64,000 nucleotides of DNA from Candidatus Omnitrophota bacterium (GTDB taxonomy: Bacteria; Omnitrophota; Gorgyraeia; Zapsychrales; Fredricksoniimonadaceae). Made by a program: the position numbers and the translations under genes. The first letter of the stretch is position 1. Each line of letters begins with the position of its first letter. The notes beneath the pieces are model-generated. The model was not told where the DNA came from. It was given only the letters and a program-made list of their open reading frames with translations, and searched no databases. Location of the stretch: NCBI GenBank assembly GCA_903908245.1, contig CAIVRE010000015.1, forward strand, positions 5,468 to 69,467. The letters are read 5' to 3'. Shown here in pieces: positions 31,681-40,706 of this stretch.

Positions 31681-33078
31681 ATGCGTGATCGCGGGCAAGT
31701 GCTTCTTGAGTATCTTCTTTTGCTGGGACTGGTGGCGGTCCTGGCGCTGGCGTCGTTCAAACCGGGCGGTATTATCAGCCAGACGGGGACAAGCGCTAAT
31801 ACTTATTTTAAAACCGGTCAACGCGCGATCCTGGGCGGGTATGTTGACGCGTCGGGTAAACAGGTGATGGAAGACCCGGCGCCTATCCATGGAGGCTGGT
31901 GCGATTTCTCCTCATGTATTAACGGGGTCAAGGTCAGGGAATGTGCCTGTCCAAGGCCGGCCTTCGGCGGGACAGAGTGTGTGGGGGATGCGGTTATTCC
32001 TGCGGATTGTTCAGGAGGCGGCAATGGAGGCGGTTGTACTCCCAGTTGCGCGGGCAAATGCAGCGGGAGCGATGGCTGTACCGGGACCTGTCCGAATAAC
32101 TGTTCCTATCCTCAAACCTGCGGCGGCGGCGGGGTGCCCAATGTTTGCGGGGGCGGGTGCACGCCCAATTGCGCAGGCAAATGCGGCGGGGGTAATGGTT
32201 GTTCCGGGACCTGTCCTGATAATTGTTCATTTCCTCAAAGTTGCGGCGGCGGCGGGGTGCCCAATGTTTGCGGGTGTATCACCAGTTGCGCGGGTAAATG
32301 CGGCGGGAGCGATGGTTGTACCGGGACTTGCCCTGATAATTGCGTGGCTCCTCAAACCTGCGGTGGCAGCGGGACGGCCAATGTCTGCGGGCAATGCGTT
32401 TCTACCGGTTGTGCGGCCGCGGCAACCATTACATGCGGCCTGTCGTATTTTGACAATTGCGGAACATATTGCGGCCTCGGCCAGGATTGCGTGGGGGCGT
32501 GTGGCGTCTGCCCCGATGGTACTCCTTGCAATTTCATCAGTGACTACAAAGATGCCGGCGGTTACGATAATCAATTCACCACATGCCAATGTGGCGCAGG
32601 GTTGAGTTGTTCCGGGCTTACAAAGCCGATCGATCTTTCGGCTTCCATAGCAGGAACCTGGGCCTGTTATTCTTACGCAGGAATGGATCATGCCAGATGC
32701 GGAGCGTCCTGGGTAAAGTGCTTTCCCAGTTGCGTAGGTAAATGCGGAGGCGGGAGCGACGGGTGTATGGGGACCTGTTTCAATGCCTGCACATTGCCTC
32801 AAACCTGCGGCGGCGGCGGGACTCCCAAGGTTTGCGGCTGCACGCCGGTTTGCGCCGGGAAATGCGGCGGCTCGGACAGTTGCGGTTCGACGTGTCCCAA
32901 TAATTGCGTATCACCTCAAACCTGCGGCGGCGGCGGGGTATCCAATGTCTGCGGGTGTACGGCCAATTGCGCGGGCAAGTGCGGAGGATCCAACGGGTGT
33001 TCGGGGACCTGTCCCAACAATTGTGCGGCTCCTAAAACCTGCGGCGGCGGCGGGACGCCCAATGTCTGCGGCCCGTGA
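31681..33078 (+). CDS. Flp/TadE-like (class III prepilin signal) protein carrying six Cys/Gly-rich ~38-aa repeats and a distinct Cys-rich central domain
   Basis: N-terminus MRDRG|QVLLEYLLLLGLVAVLALA matches the Flp/TadE motif G-x4-E-Y after a short basic leader. Then 6 copies of C-x3-CAGKCGG-x-DGC-x-GTCPNNC-x2-PQTCGGGG-x-PNVCG, with 8 Cys per repeat. Confidence 0.65.
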   Translation: MRDRGQVLLEYLLLLGLVAVLALASFKPGGIISQTGTSANTYFKTGQRAILGGYVDASGKQVMEDPAPIHGGWCDFSSCINGVKVRECACPRPAFGGTECVGDAVIPADCSGGGNGGGCTPSCAGKCSGSDGCTGTCPNNCSYPQTCGGGGVPNVCGGGCTPNCAGKCGGGNGCSGTCPDNCSFPQSCGGGGVPNVCGCITSCAGKCGGSDGCTGTCPDNCVAPQTCGGSGTANVCGQCVSTGCAAAATITCGLSYFDNCGTYCGLGQDCVGACGVCPDGTPCNFISDYKDAGGYDNQFTTCQCGAGLSCSGLTKPIDLSASIAGTWACYSYAGMDHARCGASWVKCFPSCVGKCGGGSDGCMGTCFNACTLPQTCGGGGTPKVCGCTPVCAGKCGGSDSCGSTCPNNCVSPQTCGGGGVSNVCGCTANCAGKCGGSNGCSGTCPNNCAAPKTCGGGGTPNVCGP

Positions 33079-33095
33079 TGATTTGACCGGTCCTT

Positions 33096-34034
33096 TTATG
33101 CCCGGTCCGCCTTGCGCTGGTCGCGCACGAAATTGCTGCATTCCTGGGCTTTGGCGAATTTCTTGAGGTCCGCGCCTATCTCGCCGATCTGTGCTACATG
33201 GGAGATCTTCTGGTTGACGTTGGACACGATCCCGAGAGAGATCGTCATCAGCCCTGCCTTGGTCTCATTTCCCTGACGGTCTTTGCCTACGATAAAACCG
33301 GCCCGCCGGTCCTCTTCGCTATAAAAACTGGGAGCGGTCTGGTTGAAGAGCTCGATGAGCCGGCGGCTGACCTGGTCGGCGATCTCGTCAGGGCAGGCGA
33401 ACACAAAGTCGTCCCCTCCGATATGCCCCACGAATACGCGCGCTCCGCCTACTTCCTGCCCGGCCTGGATAATGGTGCGCGCGGTCGCTTTAATAACATC
33501 ATCGCCTTTTTCAAAACCGTATTTATCGTTGTAGATCTTGAATTTGTCCAGGTCGCAGTAGCCGACCGCGAAAGGTTTTCCGGCATTGATAAGGCTTTGC
33601 AATTCTTCCATAATGGACGCGTTGCCCGGTAAATGCGTGAGCGGGTTGGCGTCAAGGTTGCGCACCGTACGCTTGATGATCATGTTGATCTTCGCCAGAA
33701 GGCTTTCGGGTTCGAAGGGTTTTACCAGATAATCGTCCGCACCGGAATTGATGCCGGTGACCAGGTCTTTAATATCGCTTTTTCCGGTGAGCATGATGAT
33801 CGGGACGTGGGAGAGAAGGATGTCCTTGCGCAGTTCACGGCAGAATTCCGGCCCGGTCATGACGGGCATCATATAGTCGGTGATGATCAGGTCGAAATTC
33901 CCCGAACGGGCTTTTTGCAGGCCTTCGGCTCCGTTGTTGGCCTTGGTGACCTCGAATGTGTCCGACAGCGTGAGGTCCAGGACGTCGAGGATGTCGGGAT
34001 TGTCGTCAACGATAAGAATGTTTTGGCGTTTCAT
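33096..34034 (-). CDS. Response regulator with REC domain and GGDEF-type diguanylate cyclase domain (GGDDF variant)
   Basis: N-terminal REC (ILIVDDNPD...DLIITDYMMP...). C-terminal GGDEF fold with HIGGDDFVF. Confidence 0.75.
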   Translation of the reverse strand: MKRQNILIVDDNPDILDVLDLTLSDTFEVTKANNGAEGLQKARSGNFDLIITDYMMPVMTGPEFCRELRKDILLSHVPIIMLTGKSDIKDLVTGINSGADDYLVKPFEPESLLAKINMIIKRTVRNLDANPLTHLPGNASIMEELQSLINAGKPFAVGYCDLDKFKIYNDKYGFEKGDDVIKATARTIIQAGQEVGGARVFVGHIGGDDFVFACPDEIADQVSRRLIELFNQTAPSFYSEEDRRAGFIVGKDRQGNETKAGLMTISLGIVSNVNQKISHVAQIGEIGADLKKFAKAQECSNFVRDQRKADRA

Positions 34035-34050
34035 AGGGTCCTGTTATTGA

Positions 34051-35595
34051 TCAAACGGTTTTAAGTGTGTCCCGGGCCGGATGTTTGAACGGCAGCGTGA
34101 AGTGGAAGGTGGTGCCCGCGCCGACTTCGCTGGAGACCCAGATCTTTCCGCCGTGGGCTTCGACGATGTTCTTGGCGAGTGCCAGCCCGAGCCCCGTCCC
34201 CTTGACGTTCATGTTGATCTCGTTATCGACGCGGTAGAATTCGTCGAAAACCCGCATGAGGTCGTCTTTCTTGATGCCGACACCGGTGTCGGCCACTTCG
34301 CATAAAAGGATGTTCTTGTTCCACTGGGGGATGACATTAATGGTGATGGTCCCCTGGGGAGGCGTGAATTTGATGGCATTGCTGATGAGGTTAATAAAGA
34401 CACGCTCCACCTGGCTGGCGTCAAATTCGACTTCCGGCGCGTCGGCCTGGATCTGCACGCGCAGGGTCAGTGACTTGCTCAAAAGCTGGGGAGTGAGGAG
34501 GTCGGCGATATTGTTGACCATCGGCTGGATCGGCTGCGGGACGGTTTTCATTTCGACCCTTCCGGATTCGATGCGGGCGATATCCAGAAGGTCGTTGATG
34601 AGCTTGACCAGGTTATCGGAATGGGTATTGATCTTGATCAGGCGCTCTTTTACGGCATCCGGGATGACCCCGATCTTTCCCGTGATCAGCAGGGAAGCAT
34701 AGCCCTTGATGGATGTCAGCGGTGTGCGTAATTCGTGAGAGACGGCCGAGATGAATTCGGTCTTTTTTTTGGATATTTCTTCAACGTCCTTGAGCGCGAG
34801 GGAAAGTTCCTTGGTGCGTTCGTTGACCTTGGTCTCGAGCATCTGGGTGGAGCGGTAAACCTGTTCGAACAGGTGCGTGTTCTCGATCGTTTGTGCCAGC
34901 TGGCTGGTGAGGATGCCGATAAGCTCCTCGTCGCCTTCGGTGACCGCGGGCGCGTTGTAGCGGTTGCCGGTGAACATGAACCCGGTGAGGCCCTTTTGGG
35001 TCAGCAGAGGCGCCAGGATAAAGTGTTCGGTCTCAAAGAGGCTCACAATGACCGAGCGGGTTTTTTGTGACGAGCTCAGTGAAGAAAAGACCATCCCGTT
35101 CTTCAGCGCGTTCACCAGGTCGCCGTTGCCGGCGATCTTGGAAAGGGCGGCGTCCGTTTTTCCGGGGTTAAAGTCAATGGCGGCGCGGGCGATGAATTTT
35201 CCATCCTCGGTCATGGAGACGGCCAGCATTCGCGAGAACCCGAGCTCGGCGATCAGCTGGGGGTTGATGCGCTGGAAGGCTTCGTTCTCATCGAGCGAGG
35301 TGCGCATGTTGCGCGCCAGGTTTTGCAGGGTGTTGAGGCCTTTCAGTCGGCGGTCGAGCTCTTCTTGGGCTTTGTTGAGTTCGAGGTCGGTCTTTACAAT
35401 GAGCTTGGCCTGTTCGTCAAGCTCGTTGAAGGAGCCCATGATCTTGTCGTACGCGGCTTTGAGTTCGCGCAGTTCTTCGCTTTTTCCGATCAGCCAATAC
35501 AGCACGATCCCCAGTCCGATCAGCAGGAGCACGCAGATGACGCCCAGGACCGGGGTAAAATCCATTTGGGTTACGGGATAAGCGATGTCTTTCAT
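34051..35595 (-). CDS. Membrane-anchored sensor histidine kinase with GAF-like sensor, HisKA and HATPase_c
   Basis: N-terminal TM, coiled coil, GAF-like region. H-box SAVSHELRTPLTSI. G-boxes DTGVGI...GTGLGLA. Confidence 0.75.
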   Translation of the reverse strand: MKDIAYPVTQMDFTPVLGVICVLLLIGLGIVLYWLIGKSEELRELKAAYDKIMGSFNELDEQAKLIVKTDLELNKAQEELDRRLKGLNTLQNLARNMRTSLDENEAFQRINPQLIAELGFSRMLAVSMTEDGKFIARAAIDFNPGKTDAALSKIAGNGDLVNALKNGMVFSSLSSSQKTRSVIVSLFETEHFILAPLLTQKGLTGFMFTGNRYNAPAVTEGDEELIGILTSQLAQTIENTHLFEQVYRSTQMLETKVNERTKELSLALKDVEEISKKKTEFISAVSHELRTPLTSIKGYASLLITGKIGVIPDAVKERLIKINTHSDNLVKLINDLLDIARIESGRVEMKTVPQPIQPMVNNIADLLTPQLLSKSLTLRVQIQADAPEVEFDASQVERVFINLISNAIKFTPPQGTITINVIPQWNKNILLCEVADTGVGIKKDDLMRVFDEFYRVDNEINMNVKGTGLGLALAKNIVEAHGGKIWVSSEVGAGTTFHFTLPFKHPARDTLKTV

Positions 35596-35608
35596 ATTTT
35601 AATGGTAT

Positions 35609-36781
35609 TTATCCAATGGCCGCGATCAGGATGCCCGCGTTATGTGTTTGAAGGTCCATGGATGTTACCGCGCCAAGTTCTCCATAAGTATACATTCCGA
35701 ATACCGGACATGCGAGACCCAAGATCTCTTTTATCTGGCTGATCTCCTGGCCCGCGGACCGGCCGAAAAGTTTCTTTCGTGATAATGAGGCGAATATAAA
35801 AACGAGCTTCGGGTGTTTGCCGTGGAGCTTGTCGTGCACTTCCACGGCCGCGTCGTGCGCGGCCTTCCGGCAGGAGTCTTTATCGCCGATCATCAGGTGT
35901 ACCTGCGTGCCATGCGGGATATCTCCCTGGCAGATCAGGCTGCCGTCGGGGAGGATGCCCGAAGGGCTTTTGATGATGTATTCCTTGGCGCGGGCTGTGC
36001 TCAGGCCGAGCGGGTACAGGAACCCGATGTCCCCCAGCTGCCCGGCGGGGAGGCTGGCCATGTCTTCCGGGAAATATTCCTGGTAAATGGATACGGCGGG
36101 TTTTCCATCGATCGTGCGGATCAGGTTGCTGTTGCTGTCGTCGATGATGCGCGGTTTTCCCAGCGGCTGCCAGCCGTGCCTGATGGCGGCCGCGAATGAT
36201 GTTTTCCCGCCGAAGATGATCCCCCCGATGATATCGGTCAGGAGGTTTTCCTGAAGGAACATCCCTCCGGGATTGATCGCGCCGGCCATGATGAACGCAC
36301 GGCCAAGGCCTTCGTGCAGGCCGCGGATGATCTGGGTATGGTTGAGCGCGAGGGCGTCACAGAAAATGATGGCGCCGTGGCGTTCGCTGTTGGACATTCT
36401 TGAGGCAAGCTCCCGCGCGAGTTTTAGCCCGGTATCCTGCAAAGGCATCAGGGAGAGGGAATTTTCCGCGGCTATCCCGAAGTCAATGTCGTCGGATGAA
36501 ATGGCGAGCACCAGGACACCCTTGTTCTCGATCCCCTTTGTCCAGATCAGGGCAGGGGCCGGGAGGCCGATGAGTTTTTCGGGGTTGAGGACCTTGCGCA
36601 GGCTTTCGAGCGCCTGCAGGGAGTTCGGATGGCCCAGAGCGGTGTAAGACGGGGTGGTGGTAATGACCACAAGGTCGTGTTTTGTCAGGCCCGATTGGGC
36701 CTTGGCCATGACCGCCGCTTCTTTGAAAGCGGTGAGCGGGTCATTTTCCGACGAGAATCCGATGGCGATGGTTGTGCTCAT
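35609..36781 (-). CDS. FIST-domain sensory protein (FIST_N + FIST_C)
   Basis: FIST-like layout. The longest ORF uses a TTG at 36820. ATG at 36781 gives MSTTIAIGFSS..., which looks like the native N-terminus. Neither start has a clear SD. Confidence 0.55.
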   Translation of the reverse strand: MSTTIAIGFSSENDPLTAFKEAAVMAKAQSGLTKHDLVVITTTPSYTALGHPNSLQALESLRKVLNPEKLIGLPAPALIWTKGIENKGVLVLAISSDDIDFGIAAENSLSLMPLQDTGLKLARELASRMSNSERHGAIIFCDALALNHTQIIRGLHEGLGRAFIMAGAINPGGMFLQENLLTDIIGGIIFGGKTSFAAAIRHGWQPLGKPRIIDDSNSNLIRTIDGKPAVSIYQEYFPEDMASLPAGQLGDIGFLYPLGLSTARAKEYIIKSPSGILPDGSLICQGDIPHGTQVHLMIGDKDSCRKAAHDAAVEVHDKLHGKHPKLVFIFASLSRKKLFGRSAGQEISQIKEILGLACPVFGMYTYGELGAVTSMDLQTHNAGILIAAIG

Positions 36782-36840
36782 AATTATGGATATTGTACCG
36801 GCGGATGGGGGTGGTGTCAATTGCCGAGGTGAGGGAAAAT

Positions 36841-36868
36841 AAAAAACCCGCTGGTTAGCGGGTTTTTT
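36841..36868. terminator. Bidirectional terminator (A6-CCCGC-tggtta-GCGGG-T6)
   Basis: Symmetric A-run/T-run hairpin between the FIST operon and tRNA-Glu. Confidence 0.55.
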
Positions 36869-36872
36869 AAAC

Positions 36873-36949
36873 TGGTAGCCCCAACCGGATTTGAACCGGT
36901 GTTTAATGGCTGAGAACCATTCGTCCTGACCAGGCTAGACGATGGGGCC
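36873..36949 (-). tRNA. tRNA-Glu (anticodon CTC), CCA encoded
   Basis: Reverse complement GGCCCCATCGTCTAGCCTGGTCAGGACGAATGGTTCTCAGCCATTAAACACCGGTTCAAATCCGGTTGGGGCTACCA. Anticodon loop TTCTCAG. Confidence 0.8.
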
Positions 36950-37028
36950 AAATTTTTATTATCAAGTCGAAAACGGACTAAAATATAGCACAGATGCTTT
37001 AAAAAGCAAAAAATATTTTATAGCGGTA

Positions 37029-37832
37029 TCAATCGATCGCGCCCAGGACCGTGGCGAGTGCCAGGATGGACCCGATAAAGATCAGGAATACGCCGAAGTT
37101 CACTTTTTTTACAAAATTCATCAGCAGGCCGATCGACAGCATTCCGACGGCGAACGACACCAGAACGCCCAGCCATTCCACCCTGGCGGCCAGCATCATG
37201 TGATAGTTCTTGATGATGTTACCCAGGATGATGACCGGGATGCTCATCAGAAAACTTAACTTGAGCGTCTGTTCTTTATCGAAATTCCGGAAAGAGAGCA
37301 TTGCCATGGTCGTGCCCGCGCGGGAAAGCCCGGGCAGGCAGGTGAACGCCTGGGTCAGGCCGAGGATAATGCCGTCCATGATCGTGAGGTCTTTGGCCGC
37401 GCGTTTTCCGGTGGACTTTGTTTTCAGCTGCAGGAAACCGGCCACGATGAGCAGCGCTGCAATGATGCAGGTGATGGCGGCTTTGGCATGCGGCGCGCGA
37501 TAAGCAAGGTCAGAGGCTTTGTTGACCAGGACCTGGCCGAACGCGGTCAGCAGCGTGACGATAAAAAGAAAGGTGAGGATCTTCCGGCCTTCATTATCCG
37601 GCGCTTGAATGTTCGTGCAGGCTTTAAGGATATTCCTGATATCTTCCCGGAAATACACAATGGCGGCCAGGCAGGTCCCGAGATGCAAAAAAAGCGCGTA
37701 ATTAATAAGCTCGTTCAATGATCCGCTATTATGGAACAAATGGACCCTGGCCGCGATAACGCAGGCTTTTGAACTGACGGGGATCCATTCGGTGATGCCC
37801 TGAATAGCGCCTAGGATGATATTTTCGAACAT
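37029..37832 (-). CDS. uppP: Undecaprenyl-diphosphatase (BacA/UppP)
   Basis: 267 aa, 8 TM, motifs ...GISRSG-like (LSRAGTTM) and conserved N-terminal GxxQGxTEWxPVSS. Confidence 0.8.
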   Translation of the reverse strand: MFENIILGAIQGITEWIPVSSKACVIAARVHLFHNSGSLNELINYALFLHLGTCLAAIVYFREDIRNILKACTNIQAPDNEGRKILTFLFIVTLLTAFGQVLVNKASDLAYRAPHAKAAITCIIAALLIVAGFLQLKTKSTGKRAAKDLTIMDGIILGLTQAFTCLPGLSRAGTTMAMLSFRNFDKEQTLKLSFLMSIPVIILGNIIKNYHMMLAARVEWLGVLVSFAVGMLSIGLLMNFVKKVNFGVFLIFIGSILALATVLGAID

Positions 37833-37973
37833 GGTAGCCTCGGTTGACGGTGCTGCTTAATAATGAATGGCAGGGATCTCTTCTTTTGGGCATACTAGCA
37901 GAAAAATTGTGCCGGGGGGTGTTTTTGCCAAAAAATGTTTGGTGTCCCGCGTTTTCTTGTTAATATAGCGGCT

Positions 37974-38456
37974 ATGTTCACGCCGCTTGACCAACAGTAT
38001 ATGCGCCTCGCCATTGAAAAGACCCGTGAAGGGATCATGGCGGGCCAGACGCCGTTCGGCGCGTGTATTGTGACATCCGGCGGGCGCGTGGCTTCGTGCG
38101 CACATAATGTGGTCTGGCAAACAACGGATATTACGGCGCATGGCGAGGTCAATGCTATCCGCGCGGCGTGCCTGGCGCTCGGTACGATCGATCTTTCCGG
38201 GTGCACGATCTTTTCCACTACTGAGCCGTGTCCGATGTGTTTCAGCGCTATTCATTGGGCCAGGATCAGGCGGATCGTTTTTGGAGCTTCCATTGAAGAT
38301 GCCAAAGCGGCCGGGTTCAACGAGCTGACGATATCGAATGACAGGATGAAGCGCGAGGGAGGAAGCCCTTTGGTGATCGAGGCGGGGTGTTTGCGCGAAG
38401 AGTGCAGGGGGCTGTTCCGGGAGTGGCAGGCGGCCGGACGGGCAAGGTTATATTAA
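37974..38456 (+). CDS. CDA-fold nucleoside/tRNA adenosine deaminase (TadA-like)
   Basis: HGEVNAI (HAE zinc ligand) and PCPMC motifs. Start chosen by comparison with the TadA N-terminus as I remember it. A longer ORF starts at 37935. Confidence 0.7.
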   Translation: MFTPLDQQYMRLAIEKTREGIMAGQTPFGACIVTSGGRVASCAHNVVWQTTDITAHGEVNAIRAACLALGTIDLSGCTIFSTTEPCPMCFSAIHWARIRRIVFGASIEDAKAAGFNELTISNDRMKREGGSPLVIEAGCLREECRGLFREWQAAGRARLY

Positions 38457-38464
38457 GAGGGGTT

Positions 38465-38866
38465 ATGCGTTATATTTTTCTTGTTTTATTCATGATAGTT
38501 TTGGGCGGATGTTCTTCGTTGCCGCTTAATTCCAGCCTTCTTCCCGTTGCTTCGCAGGCCATGGAGCCGACGCTCGGGATGACGCGGCCGCAGGTGGCGG
38601 CATTGATGACGCGCACCGTGACCGTTGGCTATGAGATCGATCCCGTTACCGGTGAGGCAAAGCCTTTGGAGGCCAAAAGCCTGTATTCGACCGAGGTTGT
38701 TCCTGTCGGGAATGAAACATATCTGGTTGATTCGTATATTATCGGGGTCCCTTTACCCGGACATCCGGTGACGGCGTCAGGATTAATGCCGATGATATTC
38801 AAGGATGATCTTTTGTGCGGTAAAGGCCGTGACGCGCTGGCGGCGCTGAAGGCCGGACGGCAGTGA
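38465..38866 (+). CDS. Hypothetical lipoprotein
   Basis: MRYIFLVLFMIVLGGCSSL lipobox. No recognised domain. Confidence 0.45.
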   Translation: MRYIFLVLFMIVLGGCSSLPLNSSLLPVASQAMEPTLGMTRPQVAALMTRTVTVGYEIDPVTGEAKPLEAKSLYSTEVVPVGNETYLVDSYIIGVPLPGHPVTASGLMPMIFKDDLLCGKGRDALAALKAGRQ

Positions 38867-39807
38867 AGAGCAATTACAATTATGGTTCGCTGGGGCCATT
38901 CATTGACCTTTCTTTGCTGGACTGGGCGGACGGTTATCCCGGGGTTTTTTCCGGCGGAAGTTCCGGTGTATCTTCGCTGGAAGTCGAGATCGGTTTTGGC
39001 ACGGGGGAATATTTGGCCGCAATGGGCGCGGCAAATCCCGGTGTGAATTTTATCGGTTTTGAGCAGTGCCCCACGCGGATCATCAAGACCTTGCGCAAAT
39101 TGCACCAGGCCGGGGTTGTGAATACGCGGGTGTTGCGCATCGATGCTGTCTGGGGGTTCCGTTTTCTTCTGGCTCCGGGGACACTGGACCGGGTGCATTG
39201 CCTTTTCCCGTGTCCGTGGCCGAAAAAGAAACATATCAAGCATCGTCTGTTCCAGCCGGCGTTCCTGAGGCTTGTTCGTTCACGGTTAAAGGCCAACGGC
39301 ACGCTCAGGATCGTCACCGATCATCAGCCGTACGCGCAGTGGATCGGGGAGGGCCTGGAGGCAACGGGATTTTCATTGCAGCGCCGGACGATCGGCGCGG
39401 TGCATGGGACCAAGTTTGAGAAGAAGTGGCAGGAGGGCGGGCAGGAGCTGTTCGATGAGCTTACGCTGACCGCCGACCAGCCTTATGAATTCAGCCCTGT
39501 CGAGGTGTTGCCGGTGAAAATATATTTTTCCAAAGGATTCGATCCGGACCGCATGGTCCTGGAGGGCGTCAAGGGGCTGATCACCGTTTCTTTTCCCGAG
39601 TACCTTTTTGATCCCAAGCGCAACGCGGGCATGGTGCATGCCATTGTGAGCGAGGATAACCGGATGCAGCATGTGTGGGTGGGGATCGAGCGTACCGCCA
39701 AAGGCTGGTGCGTGGCGCCTGCCGCGGGTACCGCCATCCTTCCGACCGAGGGTGTGCAGAAAGCCGTGGAGATCGTGTTCCAGGCCGTGGAGCGGAGCCA
39801 GAAATGA
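38863..39807 (+). CDS. trmB: tRNA (guanine-N7)-methyltransferase with C-terminal extension
   Basis: EIGFGTGEYLAAMA (SAM motif) and FPCPWPKKKH (TrmB FPDPWxKxRH motif). GTG start overlapping the upstream stop. Confidence 0.75.
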   Translation: MKSNYNYGSLGPFIDLSLLDWADGYPGVFSGGSSGVSSLEVEIGFGTGEYLAAMGAANPGVNFIGFEQCPTRIIKTLRKLHQAGVVNTRVLRIDAVWGFRFLLAPGTLDRVHCLFPCPWPKKKHIKHRLFQPAFLRLVRSRLKANGTLRIVTDHQPYAQWIGEGLEATGFSLQRRTIGAVHGTKFEKKWQEGGQELFDELTLTADQPYEFSPVEVLPVKIYFSKGFDPDRMVLEGVKGLITVSFPEYLFDPKRNAGMVHAIVSEDNRMQHVWVGIERTAKGWCVAPAAGTAILPTEGVQKAVEIVFQAVERSQK

Positions 39808-40658
39808 TACGCGCCGTAATAAAACATTTATCGGTGGTCCTGGTCATTGTTCTGGCGTTGCTTTTGGTGGTTGCGTTGCCTGCGGAGGCAAAAAAGAAGG
39901 CCAGGAAAAAGAGCGGGCCATATAGTGTTTCGGCGCAGTCGGCTCTGCTTTTTGACGAGAGCGGCTGGCAAAAGTATTATGCGCACGATATTGAGCAGAA
40001 GGTGTTCCCTGCGAGCACGACCAAGGTCATGACCGCGCTCATTGTCCTCGAGCGCCTGAATTTGAACGATGTGGTGACCATCACGCCGGAGGCGACCAAT
40101 GTGCTGCCCAGCAAGGTGGATCTTAAGGTCGGCGAGAAATATCATGTCCGCGACCTGCTGTTCGCCGCATTGCTCAATTCGGCCAATGACGCGTCTGTCG
40201 CCCTGGCGTATGCCGTTGCGGGCTCTCAGGACAAGTTCGTTGCAATGATGAATGACAGGGCGCGCCAGCTTGGCGCGAAACATACGGTCTTTGCCAATCC
40301 TCATGGCCTTCCGTCCAGCAGGGCGCAGTACACGACCGCGTATGATATGTTCCTGATCTTCCGCGCGGCGCTGAAGAAGGAGTTCTTTTACGAAGCGATC
40401 AAGATCCGCACGATGTCCGTCAAGTCCATTGACGGCAGGAGTATCGCCTTGAAGAGCCATAACAAGGCCCTTTTCAAGGGATGGAAGCAGGGGGTTTATG
40501 GCAAGACCGGGTATACCCGCGCGGCGCAGGCCTGTTTTATCGGGATGGTGCAAAAGGGCAGGCAAACGCTTATTGTGGCGGTCTTTGGTTGTCCGGGATC
40601 GACGCGCTGGGATGATATAAAATTCATTATCGAGCATTACGGCGGGATTGACTTGTAA
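39804..40658 (+). CDS. D-alanyl-D-alanine carboxypeptidase (PBP5/6-like serine peptidase S11)
   Basis: Signal/TM, SxxK (ASTTK), SxN (SAND), KTG motifs. ATGA overlap with the trmB stop. Confidence 0.75.
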   Translation: MIRAVIKHLSVVLVIVLALLLVVALPAEAKKKARKKSGPYSVSAQSALLFDESGWQKYYAHDIEQKVFPASTTKVMTALIVLERLNLNDVVTITPEATNVLPSKVDLKVGEKYHVRDLLFAALLNSANDASVALAYAVAGSQDKFVAMMNDRARQLGAKHTVFANPHGLPSSRAQYTTAYDMFLIFRAALKKEFFYEAIKIRTMSVKSIDGRSIALKSHNKALFKGWKQGVYGKTGYTRAAQACFIGMVQKGRQTLIVAVFGCPGSTRWDDIKFIIEHYGGIDL

Positions 40659-40706
40659 CGGGTTTCTGGTTAAAATAAAATTTCTGGAATAAACAGGAGG
40701 GGAAAA

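Noticed and set aside
31818-33141. Several minus-strand ORFs (31818-32057, 31994-32230, 32227-32802, 32352-32537, 32911-33141) and a +2-frame ORF (31889-32605) inside the Cys-rich repeat gene
   Set aside because: These are artefacts of the GC-rich repetitive DNA. The Flp-signal reading frame is the only one with a start, signal peptide and regular repeat structure.
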